A stretch of 64,000 nt of DNA from Chthoniobacteraceae bacterium (GCA_037190965.1 JBBCKI010000002.1:1-64000), one strand, 5' to 3'; positions 8,727-18,941 are shown, numbered from the stretch's first letter. Notes: a model not told the origin generated them from the letters alone. Made by a program: numbers and translations.

Positions 8727-10085
8727 CTATTCAAGTCCGGCGATTTGCTCCAAAACCTTCGTCAGCGCATCGTCATTGCATCCTATCTCCCCTAGCAGTA
8801 AAATCCAGAGCAGGGCCTTCAACCTTTTATTCACAATCATCATTTCCTTCGGTTGGATGAATTTTTTGGATTCAGGATTTCCATTATAATGCGTCAGATA
8901 ATTTCGAGTGTATCTAATACGATCGGCCATTTCGTGGCTCGAAGGAAACAGTTTTTTGGCGTGATCTGAATGAACCTGAAAAAGGTCAAACAAGCGATCA
9001 TCCAGACGTTTGTTGTTTGCCGCGAGCAAGGTTTGTCTAACCCAATCTTGAGATTCAGCATCGATCTTTAGCAAGATTTTCGAGACGCGATTCAGGTGTT
9101 CGGCCCGGCTACATTGGGCAGACCCGAATCTTCCGGCTCGTGCATGGAACACTTCGACCGCTTGCACAAGGAAAATAAAGCTAGTTTCCAGAGGCAGCTT
9201 TGTCCAAAAGGTAGCGGAACAGAAGAGATTGATCGCCGGCATAAACCTTTCTCGAACGTTGTTCCAGCTAGTGAGGATTTCTTGGAATGATGCGGAGAAC
9301 GTCTGGAAATCCGTGATTCTCCATGGGCTGATCTTTTGTTCCTGTTGGCGAGGAAGGCTAAGAATTTCACAAGTAGAAGGGTTTTTTCCGGGAATCCATG
9401 GATCGCTTTCGAATAGCTCAATTTGTTCGCATCTAATCATTTCTCCAATCAGTAGAGAAAACAGATCGCTCGTCCAAGGAACCCATTTATCCAAGCATTC
9501 CTTGATTGAAATAAGGCTTTCAAAATGAAACCAAAAAGCGTGAGAAGGGTGTATTTCAAAACTATCGCGCCCCCCCTTTAGAGAGCATTGCACATCGATT
9601 CGAAATCGAATTCCGTCTTCGATCTCATGGACAATCTCGGCCTGTTCGAGATTCCTCTTCCAAGCATATTCTGTTTCGCTTAGCTGAAAACCTGTTACGA
9701 TAGGAAAGCCCAGCCATTCATGTAGATGCGGAACACTTATGCGAAGGGCTAAAAACCGCTTTTCATCAAGGGATCCCAGCTCCACGCCTCTCGTAGCGAC
9801 TGAGGCAATAAATCGCCTCTCTGTCATTCCTCCGCTAAGGGAGTGACCATTACTGCAACAGTCAAACAACGATATTGGCCTATCATGTGCATCGCGACCT
9901 TGAATGTGCGCTCTATCTTGGCAGGCATCGTTGGCTGCCATTTTTAGCAGTGAAACGAAATTAGAGGTAACCTGGGGATCTTTTGTGGTCAACTCCGGGA
10001 GTCCATTCGGACTCAATCGGAGCACGCCGAACACGGGAGATGAACTGGGCTCAAGCCACCAACGGCCTTCGATGTATTCACTCAT
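8727..10085 (-). CDS. ApeA-like HEPN-domain protein (ApeA N-terminal domain + HEPN RNase)
   Basis: N-terminal GRWW..P....V.GVL pattern, mid FIFLVQAVEVFH, C-terminal R-x4-H motif RNYLTH (8889-8906). Start placed at MSEYIEG because the longer ORF overlaps the upstream gene. Confidence 0.8.
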   Translation of the reverse strand: MSEYIEGRWWLEPSSSPVFGVLRLSPNGLPELTTKDPQVTSNFVSLLKMAANDACQDRAHIQGRDAHDRPISLFDCCSNGHSLSGGMTERRFIASVATRGVELGSLDEKRFLALRISVPHLHEWLGFPIVTGFQLSETEYAWKRNLEQAEIVHEIEDGIRFRIDVQCSLKGGRDSFEIHPSHAFWFHFESLISIKECLDKWVPWTSDLFSLLIGEMIRCEQIELFESDPWIPGKNPSTCEILSLPRQQEQKISPWRITDFQTFSASFQEILTSWNNVRERFMPAINLFCSATFWTKLPLETSFIFLVQAVEVFHARAGRFGSAQCSRAEHLNRVSKILLKIDAESQDWVRQTLLAANNKRLDDRLFDLFQVHSDHAKKLFPSSHEMADRIRYTRNYLTHYNGNPESKKFIQPKEMMIVNKRLKALLWILLLGEIGCNDDALTKVLEQIAGLE

Positions 10086-10221
10086 TTCTAATTGAATGGC
10101 TGTCAAGTGTTGTCGCTTGGATCTCGACCTATCGAGCACAATCCGGATAGTAAGACTGCGCCTGACAGAGAGATTATTGGCTCTGATTCTTCTGTCGCAC
10201 CTGGCATTCGAGAAATCATGC

Positions 10222-13200
10222 TTAGATAAACCTACTTCCCCAAACCTGCTCTGTGAAATAGTCAGGCTTCTTCTCGGCAAATTTCTCCTCCATGTACTCT
10301 CGTTTTGTCAAAACCAGAGACTTTGGAATAAACTCCGAAAAATCGGGACAACCAGGAACAGGGTCACCATGCATTGAAGGCAATTTTGACACCGCGTCAC
10401 CCATTGCCTTCCATATAAGTGGCAGAACTTCGTAACACGGCTGCTGCTGTTTTATATTCCGACTGATATCAAGCAATCGACGATATGCTAATGCTCCAGG
10501 CGATCCCAAATCGGCGTGAGCTCCACCCACTTCACCCGTAATCGCCTCTACGCGCGCCATCCATTGAACCGCGGGATGGTTAAGATTGAAATAGTCGAAG
10601 CCAAACGAAAAGTGATTTGAGAACGGTTTCGGAAACAGAAATGCTTTTCTGAATAATGCCCCTCCTCCATCGGCTGAATTGGCAGCCCTCAATCGCCCCC
10701 ACTCGTTCCGATCCAAGGTTCCACCATTCAAAAGCCTTCTCCGGAGATCTCGTACATTCTCCGGGTTAGGTTTAGCCCCCGGATGATGGACTTCGAGGGG
10801 CTGCGGCAGTTCAGATGCTGACGGGAGGGTTACAAACTCAAGATCAACCGGAAGCAAGACAGCGTTGATGTAGGCATTCTGCAACATCCCGATCGCTCCA
10901 CTAACAAGCGACTGGGAAGAGAAGCTGTGGCCAAAGCGCAAGAGCCACGTCTGGCCTTGAAAACCTTTAACCCGATCGATCTTCCGAGCCCCAATCTCTA
11001 AAGCTAATCGGGGAAACATGGTTTCCTCTAAGGATCTCGGCAGGATGCGGAAACCATCTTCGTATGCTTCGCGAGCTTCGACACATTTGAAGAACCCATC
11101 TGCACTTAGCACCAAAACGGGATACTCCTCCCAAGGGAGTGCCTCCGCCACATTAATGTTTCCCACTCCAAGAAACTTCTCAAGAGCCACTAGCTTGTGG
11201 AGTCTGTTGAGTGGGGGTAGGGCGCGGAGAGTCATGATCTCCTTGCGAAATGCATACGTCCGGGCTTGGATGGTAATCCAACCCGGAGTTTGCTCTGGAT
11301 TCCGTGTAAAACTCGTTCGTGAAGCAGTTAAACTACTCCGCGCTTCAGACCGATAGTTTATCCACGCATGCACTGGAAATGGATTATCGCCAATCTGCTG
11401 TCCGATTTGATCCATCCCGGTTACGTAAATTCCGTCCTGATAAACAAAGGTACTTGGATATTCACCGTCTGCTAAATTTCTGCCTTTGAATTTCACTAAG
11501 CTTCCGAGCGAACCAGCAAAGACCTGCGGAAATTCGGTGCCGTCGGGACCAGTAACAACCATCGTTTCCTTTTCGAGCATGCCGCCATTACGAATCTGCA
11601 TATCGCCGCCAACCTCAAAAGGCATAGGGAAGGTTATAAATCCTTCAATGTGCGTGCACCTGAGATCTTTCTCCAAATTTACTCGATATTGCCCAAGGAA
11701 ATCTGGATTGGGACAAGCAATAAATCTTTGCAGTTCATCCCTCCATCGATAGGCTCCATTGCATTGCCAAATTTCTATATCTTGTCCCTCCCATTTGGAT
11801 CGATATGCAGCATCCACCGAGGGGTGCAAAATGAGTAGGCGGGTTCCAGCTTCATCCACCAAAATGGGAACTCGAACAAAGCCAGCCAACTGTTTCAAAT
11901 AATTCCCGATGTTGAAGTCCGCCACGCTTTCGTTCTCTTTGAGAAGCTTGGCAATCTTTTCAGGCAGAACCTCGACTCGTACACTCGTGCCTTCCCAAGA
12001 CGGGTCAGTAAATTCTGTGATCTCGAAATGGCGGTCAATACTTGGTATGGTGACGATAATGCCCTGATCATCTCCTCCGTTCGCACTAAGTCTCCGACTT
12101 TTGATACTGATCTGGTCTCCAACCATAAAACAGCTCAGAAGCCCTATACCAAAACGGCTTATAGCGTCCAGTTTGAGGTTCTCGCTGGCAAGCTCCTTGC
12201 TTGTGTAGTAGCTTGAACCAATTCGTGCAAGATAGGTCGTAAGGATGCGAACATCCATTCCGACACCATAGTCGCGACAGGTGATCGCAATTCGACCGTT
12301 TGGAAGCGGTTCCGCTGTAAAATGGATGACGAAGTCTGATTCGCTACGCTGGATCGCACCCAAATAGCCACTCTGCCGGGCGCATAGCTGACTCGTTGCA
12401 TCTATTGCGTTTTGCAACAGCTCACGAATAAAGATGTAAGGATTGTGTCCATAAATTTCTTGGGCTAAAATCCGAAAAACGGCGTGCCGATCAAACTCAA
12501 AACGGACGTTTGTAGGGGCGAAACCTTCCGCCTGGACTTCCCATTTCAACGTTGAGTCCAGACACGAGAATCGAGTGGGGCTATTTGTCGCCTGATGTTC
12601 GAGATAGGATTGTCTCATTCGGCTTTCCTCGACAAGAAGGTCAACGCCATGCTCCAACTGGTCCCTTAAATATTCGTAGAGATCGGTCAGCGCTGGCCAA
12701 AGAGACGGTTGCTGGCAGGTGCCTCGAATCACTACCTGCCAGCGGTTTCTGCCGATGTCTACGCAGTCAATGTGGTCTAAGGCAGCGTGTTTGTCCCATT
12801 CCCGAATTGAAGTCGGATCGGCAGGGCCCACAAAACGACGTAACGCATAAGGAGTGCGATCTCTTCCGACATCGAAGAGATCAGCCAAACGTACGACCAG
12901 TGCGATTAATCTCACATGGACTCGTTGAGTTGCCACCGTCCGGAGTGGACGAAACCTCTTGGCATCGCGCAAGACTTCGTAGTCAAGCCAGTGCCCCACA
13001 CAGATATCTCGCGCCGATTCGCACAAGGCACTATCGAGGTCGAGATTTGCCAAAAATTCGTGGGCTCGGTCACCACTACGCAAAGCATGTGTCTGTCGAA
13101 TGTATTCTCGCCAGTAGGGCTGATCGAGACTTGTCAATGCGGGATAGTTGCCGTGAACGTCGCGCTTCACCCCTTCTTGCTTTGCGAAGCCTGCCAACCA

Positions 13201-13587
13201 AGCTAACTCTCGCGAAGCAAGCGGCAGTTGATGATTTCTGGGAAGCGCTGTGAATTCTCGGACGATTCTCTCACGCTCGTCGTTTCCCACAGCCATCCCC
13301 CAGTCATGACAGTATAGTCCAACAATCAGAAGGAAACGATCGACATCGGCTAGGGCAAGCAGTGTTTCAGATCCGAACAGCTGCGCGGCGATGTCAAAAA
13401 GCGCAATGATGTGGTTGGACCAGTTGTGGGGCGTATACTCGGGAAACGTTCTTGGAATGTACTCCTCCAATTGAGGTCGTAAAGTCTCTTCAAGTCGCGT
13501 GAGAATATTTCGATAGTCGATCACCCCGCGAGTGTTTTGCACCTCAGTGGGAAAGCTCGCAATTATCTGGTCGCGAAAACAAGTCAT
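10222..13587 (-). CDS. HD-CE-type HD domain fused to an Hsp90-like (GHKL) ATPase
   Basis: HD-fold motifs YTPH...H, CHDWGM, H..RS, GH, LVVRLADLFD. GHKL motifs FIRELLQNAIDA, DYGVGM, SRFGIGLLSCFM, GTSV. Confidence 0.85.
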   Translation of the reverse strand: MTCFRDQIIASFPTEVQNTRGVIDYRNILTRLEETLRPQLEEYIPRTFPEYTPHNWSNHIIALFDIAAQLFGSETLLALADVDRFLLIVGLYCHDWGMAVGNDERERIVREFTALPRNHQLPLASRELAWLAGFAKQEGVKRDVHGNYPALTSLDQPYWREYIRQTHALRSGDRAHEFLANLDLDSALCESARDICVGHWLDYEVLRDAKRFRPLRTVATQRVHVRLIALVVRLADLFDVGRDRTPYALRRFVGPADPTSIREWDKHAALDHIDCVDIGRNRWQVVIRGTCQQPSLWPALTDLYEYLRDQLEHGVDLLVEESRMRQSYLEHQATNSPTRFSCLDSTLKWEVQAEGFAPTNVRFEFDRHAVFRILAQEIYGHNPYIFIRELLQNAIDATSQLCARQSGYLGAIQRSESDFVIHFTAEPLPNGRIAITCRDYGVGMDVRILTTYLARIGSSYYTSKELASENLKLDAISRFGIGLLSCFMVGDQISIKSRRLSANGGDDQGIIVTIPSIDRHFEITEFTDPSWEGTSVRVEVLPEKIAKLLKENESVADFNIGNYLKQLAGFVRVPILVDEAGTRLLILHPSVDAAYRSKWEGQDIEIWQCNGAYRWRDELQRFIACPNPDFLGQYRVNLEKDLRCTHIEGFITFPMPFEVGGDMQIRNGGMLEKETMVVTGPDGTEFPQVFAGSLGSLVKFKGRNLADGEYPSTFVYQDGIYVTGMDQIGQQIGDNPFPVHAWINYRSEARSSLTASRTSFTRNPEQTPGWITIQARTYAFRKEIMTLRALPPLNRLHKLVALEKFLGVGNINVAEALPWEEYPVLVLSADGFFKCVEAREAYEDGFRILPRSLEETMFPRLALEIGARKIDRVKGFQGQTWLLRFGHSFSSQSLVSGAIGMLQNAYINAVLLPVDLEFVTLPSASELPQPLEVHHPGAKPNPENVRDLRRRLLNGGTLDRNEWGRLRAANSADGGGALFRKAFLFPKPFSNHFSFGFDYFNLNHPAVQWMARVEAITGEVGGAHADLGSPGALAYRRLLDISRNIKQQQPCYEVLPLIWKAMGDAVSKLPSMHGDPVPGCPDFSEFIPKSLVLTKREYMEEKFAEKKPDYFTEQVWGSRFI

Positions 13588-13600
13588 GCTGCGTTATGGC

Positions 13601-14060
13601 TCAAACGTTGGTGGGGTGTGTCCACGTGAACTCGGAGAAAATGGACCGGCTAATTACAAAGGAAACATTCTTTTCGTTCAATGATTTGAACTGGTGTTCT
13701 TCGGTCATCATTTTGATCCGGGTCATACCCCGTCGAACTGTAACCAAAGGGAAAGGAACCCTCGGTATAAGTATTCTGACTAGCCCCGTAGGACGTTGGT
13801 ACAGACAAGAGACCAGGCGGAGGGGACAGGCGAACCGATCCCAATTCGGTAGCACTTAACTCGTCGAGAAGATCAGGATGCTCCTTCCATCTGGCATCCT
13901 CGTTTGGGGACTCCCCTCGTCGGTGTATCCGTGACAATAGGAAGCGCTCATAAAGTCCAAAAGTCATGGCCAGAGCACCAAATGCGCCATTGTCATTTGG
14001 GACCGAGCGAAGTGCACCTAAGGGGATTATGACCCACCTTTCAAAAAACTCGAAGGACAT
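13601..14060 (-). pseudogene. Probable degraded gene fragments upstream of the HD/Hsp90 gene
   Basis: Two overlapping short ORFs in different frames (13650-14060, 13601-13855). The first ~75 aa look protein-like, then quality drops. No family recognised. Confidence 0.35.
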
Positions 14061-14247
14061 GACAATGTTCTACCTTCTAAGAGGAAGAGTTGCAACCCAT
14101 GTAAGGACACACTGAATAATGCCCCCTCTGGAGGAAGTGTAGATTGATAGGAATTTGGGGCGGGTAGATTCTGTTTGTCGGAGAAATTGTGGGTGCTGGG
14201 CGGCAGGACTTCCTACGGCGATGGGCGGTCACTCCCCATCTTCAAGG

Positions 14248-14370
14248 TCATACGCGTGTGCTGACCATGAGGGATTTTTCGGGCAGCACAAGATTGGCCA
14301 ATGCGAAGAGGATCTCGAGTTTGGCGAGGTTCTTACGGATCCCTCGATACCGCACTTTCGTATAGCCGAA
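14248..14370 (-). mobile_element. IS5-family transposase C-terminal remnant
   Basis: Manual translation of the minus strand gives FGYTKVRYRGIRKNLAKLEILFALANLVLPEKSLMVSTRV*, the characteristic IS5 transposase C-terminus. The rest of the gene is missing; too short for the ORF track. Confidence 0.85.
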
Positions 14371-14640
14371 GGGTGTTGATCGCCCATCTGGGCAGGCACG
14401 TAATGAAGCGACCTTGGCCGGAGTATTAAGCTCTCGCCTTGGTTACGCCAAAGGAGAGCGCGACCGCTGGAAGAGGAGAAGGCTTCGCAAGAAAATGACC
14501 CGAGCGTTAATACAAGAAGCGGTTATAGCAAGAAGCTGGCGGGTTGGAGGTCTCACGCCCCTGTCGGAATTCCTGATGGTCGGCTCGGCCAACGTGCCGC
14601 ACATCCTTCCCCCGCCAAGCCGCAATCCGCGAATGAAATC

Positions 14641-14662
14641 ACCGACGGATTACCGACGGATT
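14641..14662. repeat. 11-bp tandem direct repeat ACCGACGGATT x2 near the island/tRNA junction
   Basis: Seen directly, ~105 bp from the tRNA 3' end. Confidence 0.8.
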
Positions 14663-14767
14663 TTGAGGGTAAAAGTGGTGTTTTATGGGGGTATATGGGG
14701 ATTTTTGAAAGGAGCGAGAAAAGACCAACTCCGACCTTTAACTCACTTGTTTACAGGACTTTATGAG

Positions 14768-14842
14768 TGGTGTCCCCGCCGAGAATCGAACTCGGATCTA
14801 AGGTGTAGGAAACCCTTGTTCTATCCGTTGAACTACGGGGAC
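14768..14842 (-). tRNA. tRNA-Arg(CCT)
   Basis: GTCCCCG acceptor stem, D arm GTTC/GAAC, anticodon loop TTCCTAC, T loop TTCGATT, encoded CCA. Confidence 0.95.
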
Positions 14843-14991
14843 AAATGTACAATCAGGCAAATCCAGTCGCCTAGGGAGTTATTATCTTCTGGCACAACGG
14901 CTGGGCAAGCAGTTTCGCAATCCTCGAGATAGGCGCGGCTTGCCTTCATCCCCCATCCCCTTGCCTGGTCCAGGTATTTTCTGGAAACGCT

Positions 14992-16959
14992 TCAACATGG
15001 CAGCGCGGCCAGGATTGTTTTCACGACCTCATGAGGCTCGATGGACTTCATGCAGCGAAAGTCGATGGGGCACTCGCGCAGAAAGCAGGGGCTGCATTCG
15101 ACTTGATGCCGCAGGACGCGGTGACCGGGGCCGAGGGGGCCGGTCAGGCGAGGCTCCGTGGAGCCGAAGACCGAGACGGTTGGCACTCCGAGCGCGGCGG
15201 CCAAATGCATGGTACCGGTGTCGTTGCTCAAAAGCAGGCTGCACTCGGTGAGGCGGTCCATCAATTCGCCAAGCGTTGTTTTGCCAATGAGATTGACGAC
15301 TTTGACGTCGATGCCGCTCTTTGAAGCGGTGAGCTTTGAAATGATTTCCGCGCCGACGGCTGCATCTCCTCCCACCCCGAACAGCACCCACTCGCAATCT
15401 CGATGCTCCGCCACGGCTCGCGCGACCTCGGCGAAACGCTCGGGGAGCCATCGCTTGGCGGGGCCATACTCTGCGCCCGGGCAAAGCCCGATCTTGATCG
15501 GCGCGCCCGCTGCCCTTGGGCGGGGCGAAGAGGCTGCCGCCGGGGTGGCAAAAAACTGCTCGGGCTTCGCTCCCTCCAGGCCGTCGAGTGACGCGCCGAG
15601 CCTGCGGGCGATCTCCAGATAATGATGGACCTGATGCCCGGCGGGCTGCGGTTTCTTTTCCTTCTTCTTCGATGGAAGCATCAGTTGATTAAGCAGCCAT
15701 CGCCGCCCCTTGGCCGGGTAGCCGACCCGCCTCGGAATCCCCGCCAGCCAAACCTCCAGGCCCGTGCGGATCGAGTTCGGCAGGATAACCGCGACATCGA
15801 ACTTCCCTCGAATCTTCCCCGCAACGGCGAAAACCGTGTCACTGGCCTCAATCTCGATCACCTCGTCCACTTCGGCCACGCGTTTCCAATACTCGGCGAG
15901 CTTTGCTTTGACGAGAACGGTGACCCGAGCGTCAGGGCGACCGCGCTTGATCGCCTGCACGGCAGGCGTGGTCATGACGGCGTCGCCCAGCCAGTTGCTG
16001 GAGCGCACCAGGATACGAAACGGCTTAAGTTGCTCGGGCGCAAACCCGGGCGGCAGCACCACCCCTCGCTTATATTCGGAGAGCAAAAAATTCGGGCTGG
16101 GCGTTTTCCAGCGGTTATGAACCCAGAACCAATCCGCCGGTGACCGTCGGATGAGCGTTTCCAACTCCTGATTGACCTGCGCGGTCAGCACCGCCGGGTC
16201 GCGCGTGGCCGTGGTGTCGATGGGCGCGGAAATCGACATCCGCCACCGTCCCGGGCCGTCGGTGGAGATCGCCGCGGAAAGGAGCACGGCCCCGGACCGC
16301 AAGGCCATCGTGGCCGCGATGGGGGTCGTGGAAGCCAGCCGCCCGAAGAGCGGACACCAGATCCCCTTGTCGCCCGCGTGCTGGTCGATCAGGACGCCAA
16401 CGCCGCCGCCGCCATCACGGATGAGCGCGATGGCCCCGGTAAAGCCCTCCTTGCGTTCGAAAAGCCGCAGCCCCTGCCGGGCGCGGGCCGCGCGAATATC
16501 CGCGTCGATGAATTCATTGCCGAGCCGCTGATAGATCGTCCCCCCTTTGTTGGGGAAAATGAGCGGGCAAACCTGCGCGAGGATCTCCCAATTTCCCGAA
16601 TGGCTGATGGCCATTACGACCCCGCGGCTTTTCGCTTCGGGCGAGAGAAAGAAATCGAGGTTGTCGATCTTGACCAGCTTGAGGATTTCATCGGGCGAGA
16701 GTGTGGCCACCTTGATGCTGGAGACGAGGTTCGCCCCAAGAAGGGAAAAATGCGCGCGCGCGATCTTTCGCAACTCGGCAGGCGACTTCTCACCGCCAAA
16801 CGCGATGGAAAGGTTCGCGAGAGCGAGTCGCCGATAAGGTGCCAGTGCCCAGTAAGCAAGCCCCCCTGCCATCGCGCCGAAACGGAAGCTGACACCTAGC
16901 GGGAGCAGGGCAATTCCCCGCGACACCGCGCGGTAGATAAAATAAACAAGGCGATCCAT
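14992..16959 (-). CDS. waaF: Fused lipid A acyltransferase (LpxL/HtrB-like) + LPS heptosyltransferase II (GT9)
   Basis: N-half HSGNWE, LIDQH, WFWVHNRWK. C-half ILVRSSNWLGDAVM, PGAEYGPAKRW, NDTGTMHLAAA. Confidence 0.9.
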   Translation of the reverse strand: MDRLVYFIYRAVSRGIALLPLGVSFRFGAMAGGLAYWALAPYRRLALANLSIAFGGEKSPAELRKIARAHFSLLGANLVSSIKVATLSPDEILKLVKIDNLDFFLSPEAKSRGVVMAISHSGNWEILAQVCPLIFPNKGGTIYQRLGNEFIDADIRAARARQGLRLFERKEGFTGAIALIRDGGGGVGVLIDQHAGDKGIWCPLFGRLASTTPIAATMALRSGAVLLSAAISTDGPGRWRMSISAPIDTTATRDPAVLTAQVNQELETLIRRSPADWFWVHNRWKTPSPNFLLSEYKRGVVLPPGFAPEQLKPFRILVRSSNWLGDAVMTTPAVQAIKRGRPDARVTVLVKAKLAEYWKRVAEVDEVIEIEASDTVFAVAGKIRGKFDVAVILPNSIRTGLEVWLAGIPRRVGYPAKGRRWLLNQLMLPSKKKEKKPQPAGHQVHHYLEIARRLGASLDGLEGAKPEQFFATPAAASSPRPRAAGAPIKIGLCPGAEYGPAKRWLPERFAEVARAVAEHRDCEWVLFGVGGDAAVGAEIISKLTASKSGIDVKVVNLIGKTTLGELMDRLTECSLLLSNDTGTMHLAAALGVPTVSVFGSTEPRLTGPLGPGHRVLRHQVECSPCFLRECPIDFRCMKSIEPHEVVKTILAALPC

Positions 16960-17069
16960 TGGTCTTCTTTGATAACGCGCCCGGGAAAAATCTGCTCCTC
17001 TTTTCTGCCGCTCTTCTTCTCCTAGCGGCGCGCTGGCTTCTTTCCGGTCTCCGCTCTCCGATCTCCGGT

Positions 17070-18698
17070 TTATTCTTTCTCTCTCGTCTTCCAGTACATC
17101 TCGGAAAGCGGGTGCTCATCGAGCAGATTGGCCTGAACGCCGCCCAGGCGCTTCGCGTCATAGAACTGGATGCCGACAAAGTAGTAAATCGGACAAACCG
17201 GCGCTTCTTCTGACACCAGTAACTTCTCGGCCTTGCGGAAGATCGCAAAACGCCGGGCGGGGTCGGCCTCGCGCGCTGCGTCGGCAATCAACGCGTCATA
17301 CGCGGCATTGCTCCAGCCGGTACGGTTGTTCCCGTCCCCGGTGACGAAGATGCTCAAAAACGTGTTGGGATCGTTGTAATCCCCCACCCAGGAGCCCCGG
17401 CAGATGTCGTAATCCATCGAACTCATCGCGCGGAGATACGCCTTCCACTCCTGCCGCTGCGGATCCATCTCGATACCCAGCTCCCGCTTGAGCATCCCCT
17501 GGATCTCCACCGCAATCGCGTCGTTGGCCTCGCTGAAGTTGTAGAGATAACGCACCAGAGGAAACCCGCGCCCCTCCGGATATCCGGCTTCTGCCAGCAA
17601 TGCCCGCGCACCCACGGGGTCATAGGAAAGCCCCCGGGGCGATTCGTAAGTCCCCCCAGTGCCGGGCGGAACGATGCCGCCCGCAGGAGGCTCTCCCGCG
17701 CGGGTAATCTTCTCAACCAACAGCTTCTTGTCGATCACCATCGAAATCGCCTTGCGAACGCGTGGATCATTGAAAGGCGGCTTCGTGACGTTAAAGCGCA
17801 GAAAATAGGTCGCAAGGAACGGCGAGGAGTGAAAATCGGGCCGCTTCCTGAGGTCGTCGAGAATCTGGTTGGGCACGAGCCCCTTGTCGATGAGCAGATC
17901 AACCTGTCCGGTGGAATAGAAGTTGAACGCGGTCGTCGCGCTGCTGGTCGGCAAGGCGTCCACCGTGTTCATCCCGACCTTGGCGCGGTTCCAATACGTG
18001 GGGCTCTTTGCAAGCCGCAGGCGATCGTTAATGCGCCACTCCGCCAGCGTGAACGCGCCGTTGCCGACAAGCTTCCCCGGCTTGATCCAGTCATCCCCAT
18101 AGCGCTCCACGGTGGGAAGGTGCACCGGAGCAAGCGTCGCGAACGCGCAAAGATCGAGAAAGAAGGAGGTCGGATTCTCAAGGGAAACCTCAAGAACCGC
18201 AGGCCCAAGCGACCGCACCCCGACCTTGGAAAAATCGGTGATCTTGCCTTCGTTGAACTCTTTCGCGTTGCGGATGTAGTAAAGCTGGGAGGCGTAATCC
18301 GCGCCCGTTTCCGGCAAAAGCACCCGTCGCCAGGATCCGACGAAGTCTTCGGCCGTTACCGGATCGCCGTTGCTCCAACGGGCGTCAGGCCGAAGATAAA
18401 AGGTGTAGACCCGGCCATCCGGGCTGATCTCCCATCGCTCCGCAACGCCGGGAACTGCTTCTCCGGCCGCGTTGAAATGCGTGAGCCCTTCGAAGAGCGC
18501 ATAAACGATCCGGCCCTCGGGCTGTCCGGTGATTAAGGCCGGATCGAGCGATTCCGGCTCCGCTCCGTTCAGGAAAACGAGATCGGCCCGTTGCAATTCA
18601 CGACCACAGCCGCTCAGCAGAAGCCCCCCTGCCAGACAAAGCGCCCACCGCCGCAGCGGACGCAAAAGGTGCAGAACACTCGAAACCATCCCGCTCAT
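17070..18698 (-). CDS. oppA: Oligopeptide ABC transporter substrate-binding lipoprotein
   Basis: LLSGC lipobox, EPESLDP, YTFYLRPDARWSNGDPVTAEDF, WVGDYNDP. Start estimated. Confidence 0.9.
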   Translation of the reverse strand: MSGMVSSVLHLLRPLRRWALCLAGGLLLSGCGRELQRADLVFLNGAEPESLDPALITGQPEGRIVYALFEGLTHFNAAGEAVPGVAERWEISPDGRVYTFYLRPDARWSNGDPVTAEDFVGSWRRVLLPETGADYASQLYYIRNAKEFNEGKITDFSKVGVRSLGPAVLEVSLENPTSFFLDLCAFATLAPVHLPTVERYGDDWIKPGKLVGNGAFTLAEWRINDRLRLAKSPTYWNRAKVGMNTVDALPTSSATTAFNFYSTGQVDLLIDKGLVPNQILDDLRKRPDFHSSPFLATYFLRFNVTKPPFNDPRVRKAISMVIDKKLLVEKITRAGEPPAGGIVPPGTGGTYESPRGLSYDPVGARALLAEAGYPEGRGFPLVRYLYNFSEANDAIAVEIQGMLKRELGIEMDPQRQEWKAYLRAMSSMDYDICRGSWVGDYNDPNTFLSIFVTGDGNNRTGWSNAAYDALIADAAREADPARRFAIFRKAEKLLVSEEAPVCPIYYFVGIQFYDAKRLGGVQANLLDEHPLSEMYWKTREKE

Positions 18699-18794
18699 TC
18701 GCACAGGAACCGGGCCGAGGCAAGACGGTTGTGGAGATCCCCGTGGCAGAGGGTGCATAAGTTTTGAAAAACGGGCACAATCCGCCAACTCCGT

Positions 18795-18941
18795 GGTAGA
18801 CCGCTCTCGCCGAGAGCGCGGGAGATGACGAGGAGGCGCGTTTGGCGCCCATCCCTGAAGAACGGGCTACTGATTGCCGGGATACGGCTTTGATGGCGCA
18901 ACGGGAGCCGATACCCGCGCTCTCGGCGAGAGCGGTCTACC
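18795..18941. repeat. 147-bp REPIN-like element (two inverted GTAG-type REPs), copy 1
   Basis: GGTAGACCGCTCTCGCCGAGAGCGCGGG at the left end and its reverse complement at the right end. Homologous to 37107-37253. Confidence 0.85.

Larger units (their letters stand above)
1..14767. mobile_element. Genomic (defence) island at the 3' end of tRNA-Arg(CCT); left boundary outside the window
   Basis: Visibly lower GC than the flanking core genes. Begins right after the tRNA CCA end. Cargo is RT, HEPN and HD/Hsp90 genes, an IS remnant and gene debris. No integrase or second att copy is visible in the window. Confidence 0.75.

Noticed and set aside
14414..14932. 172-aa ORF spanning the island junction
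   Set aside because: Runs antisense through the tRNA and shows no integrase motifs.
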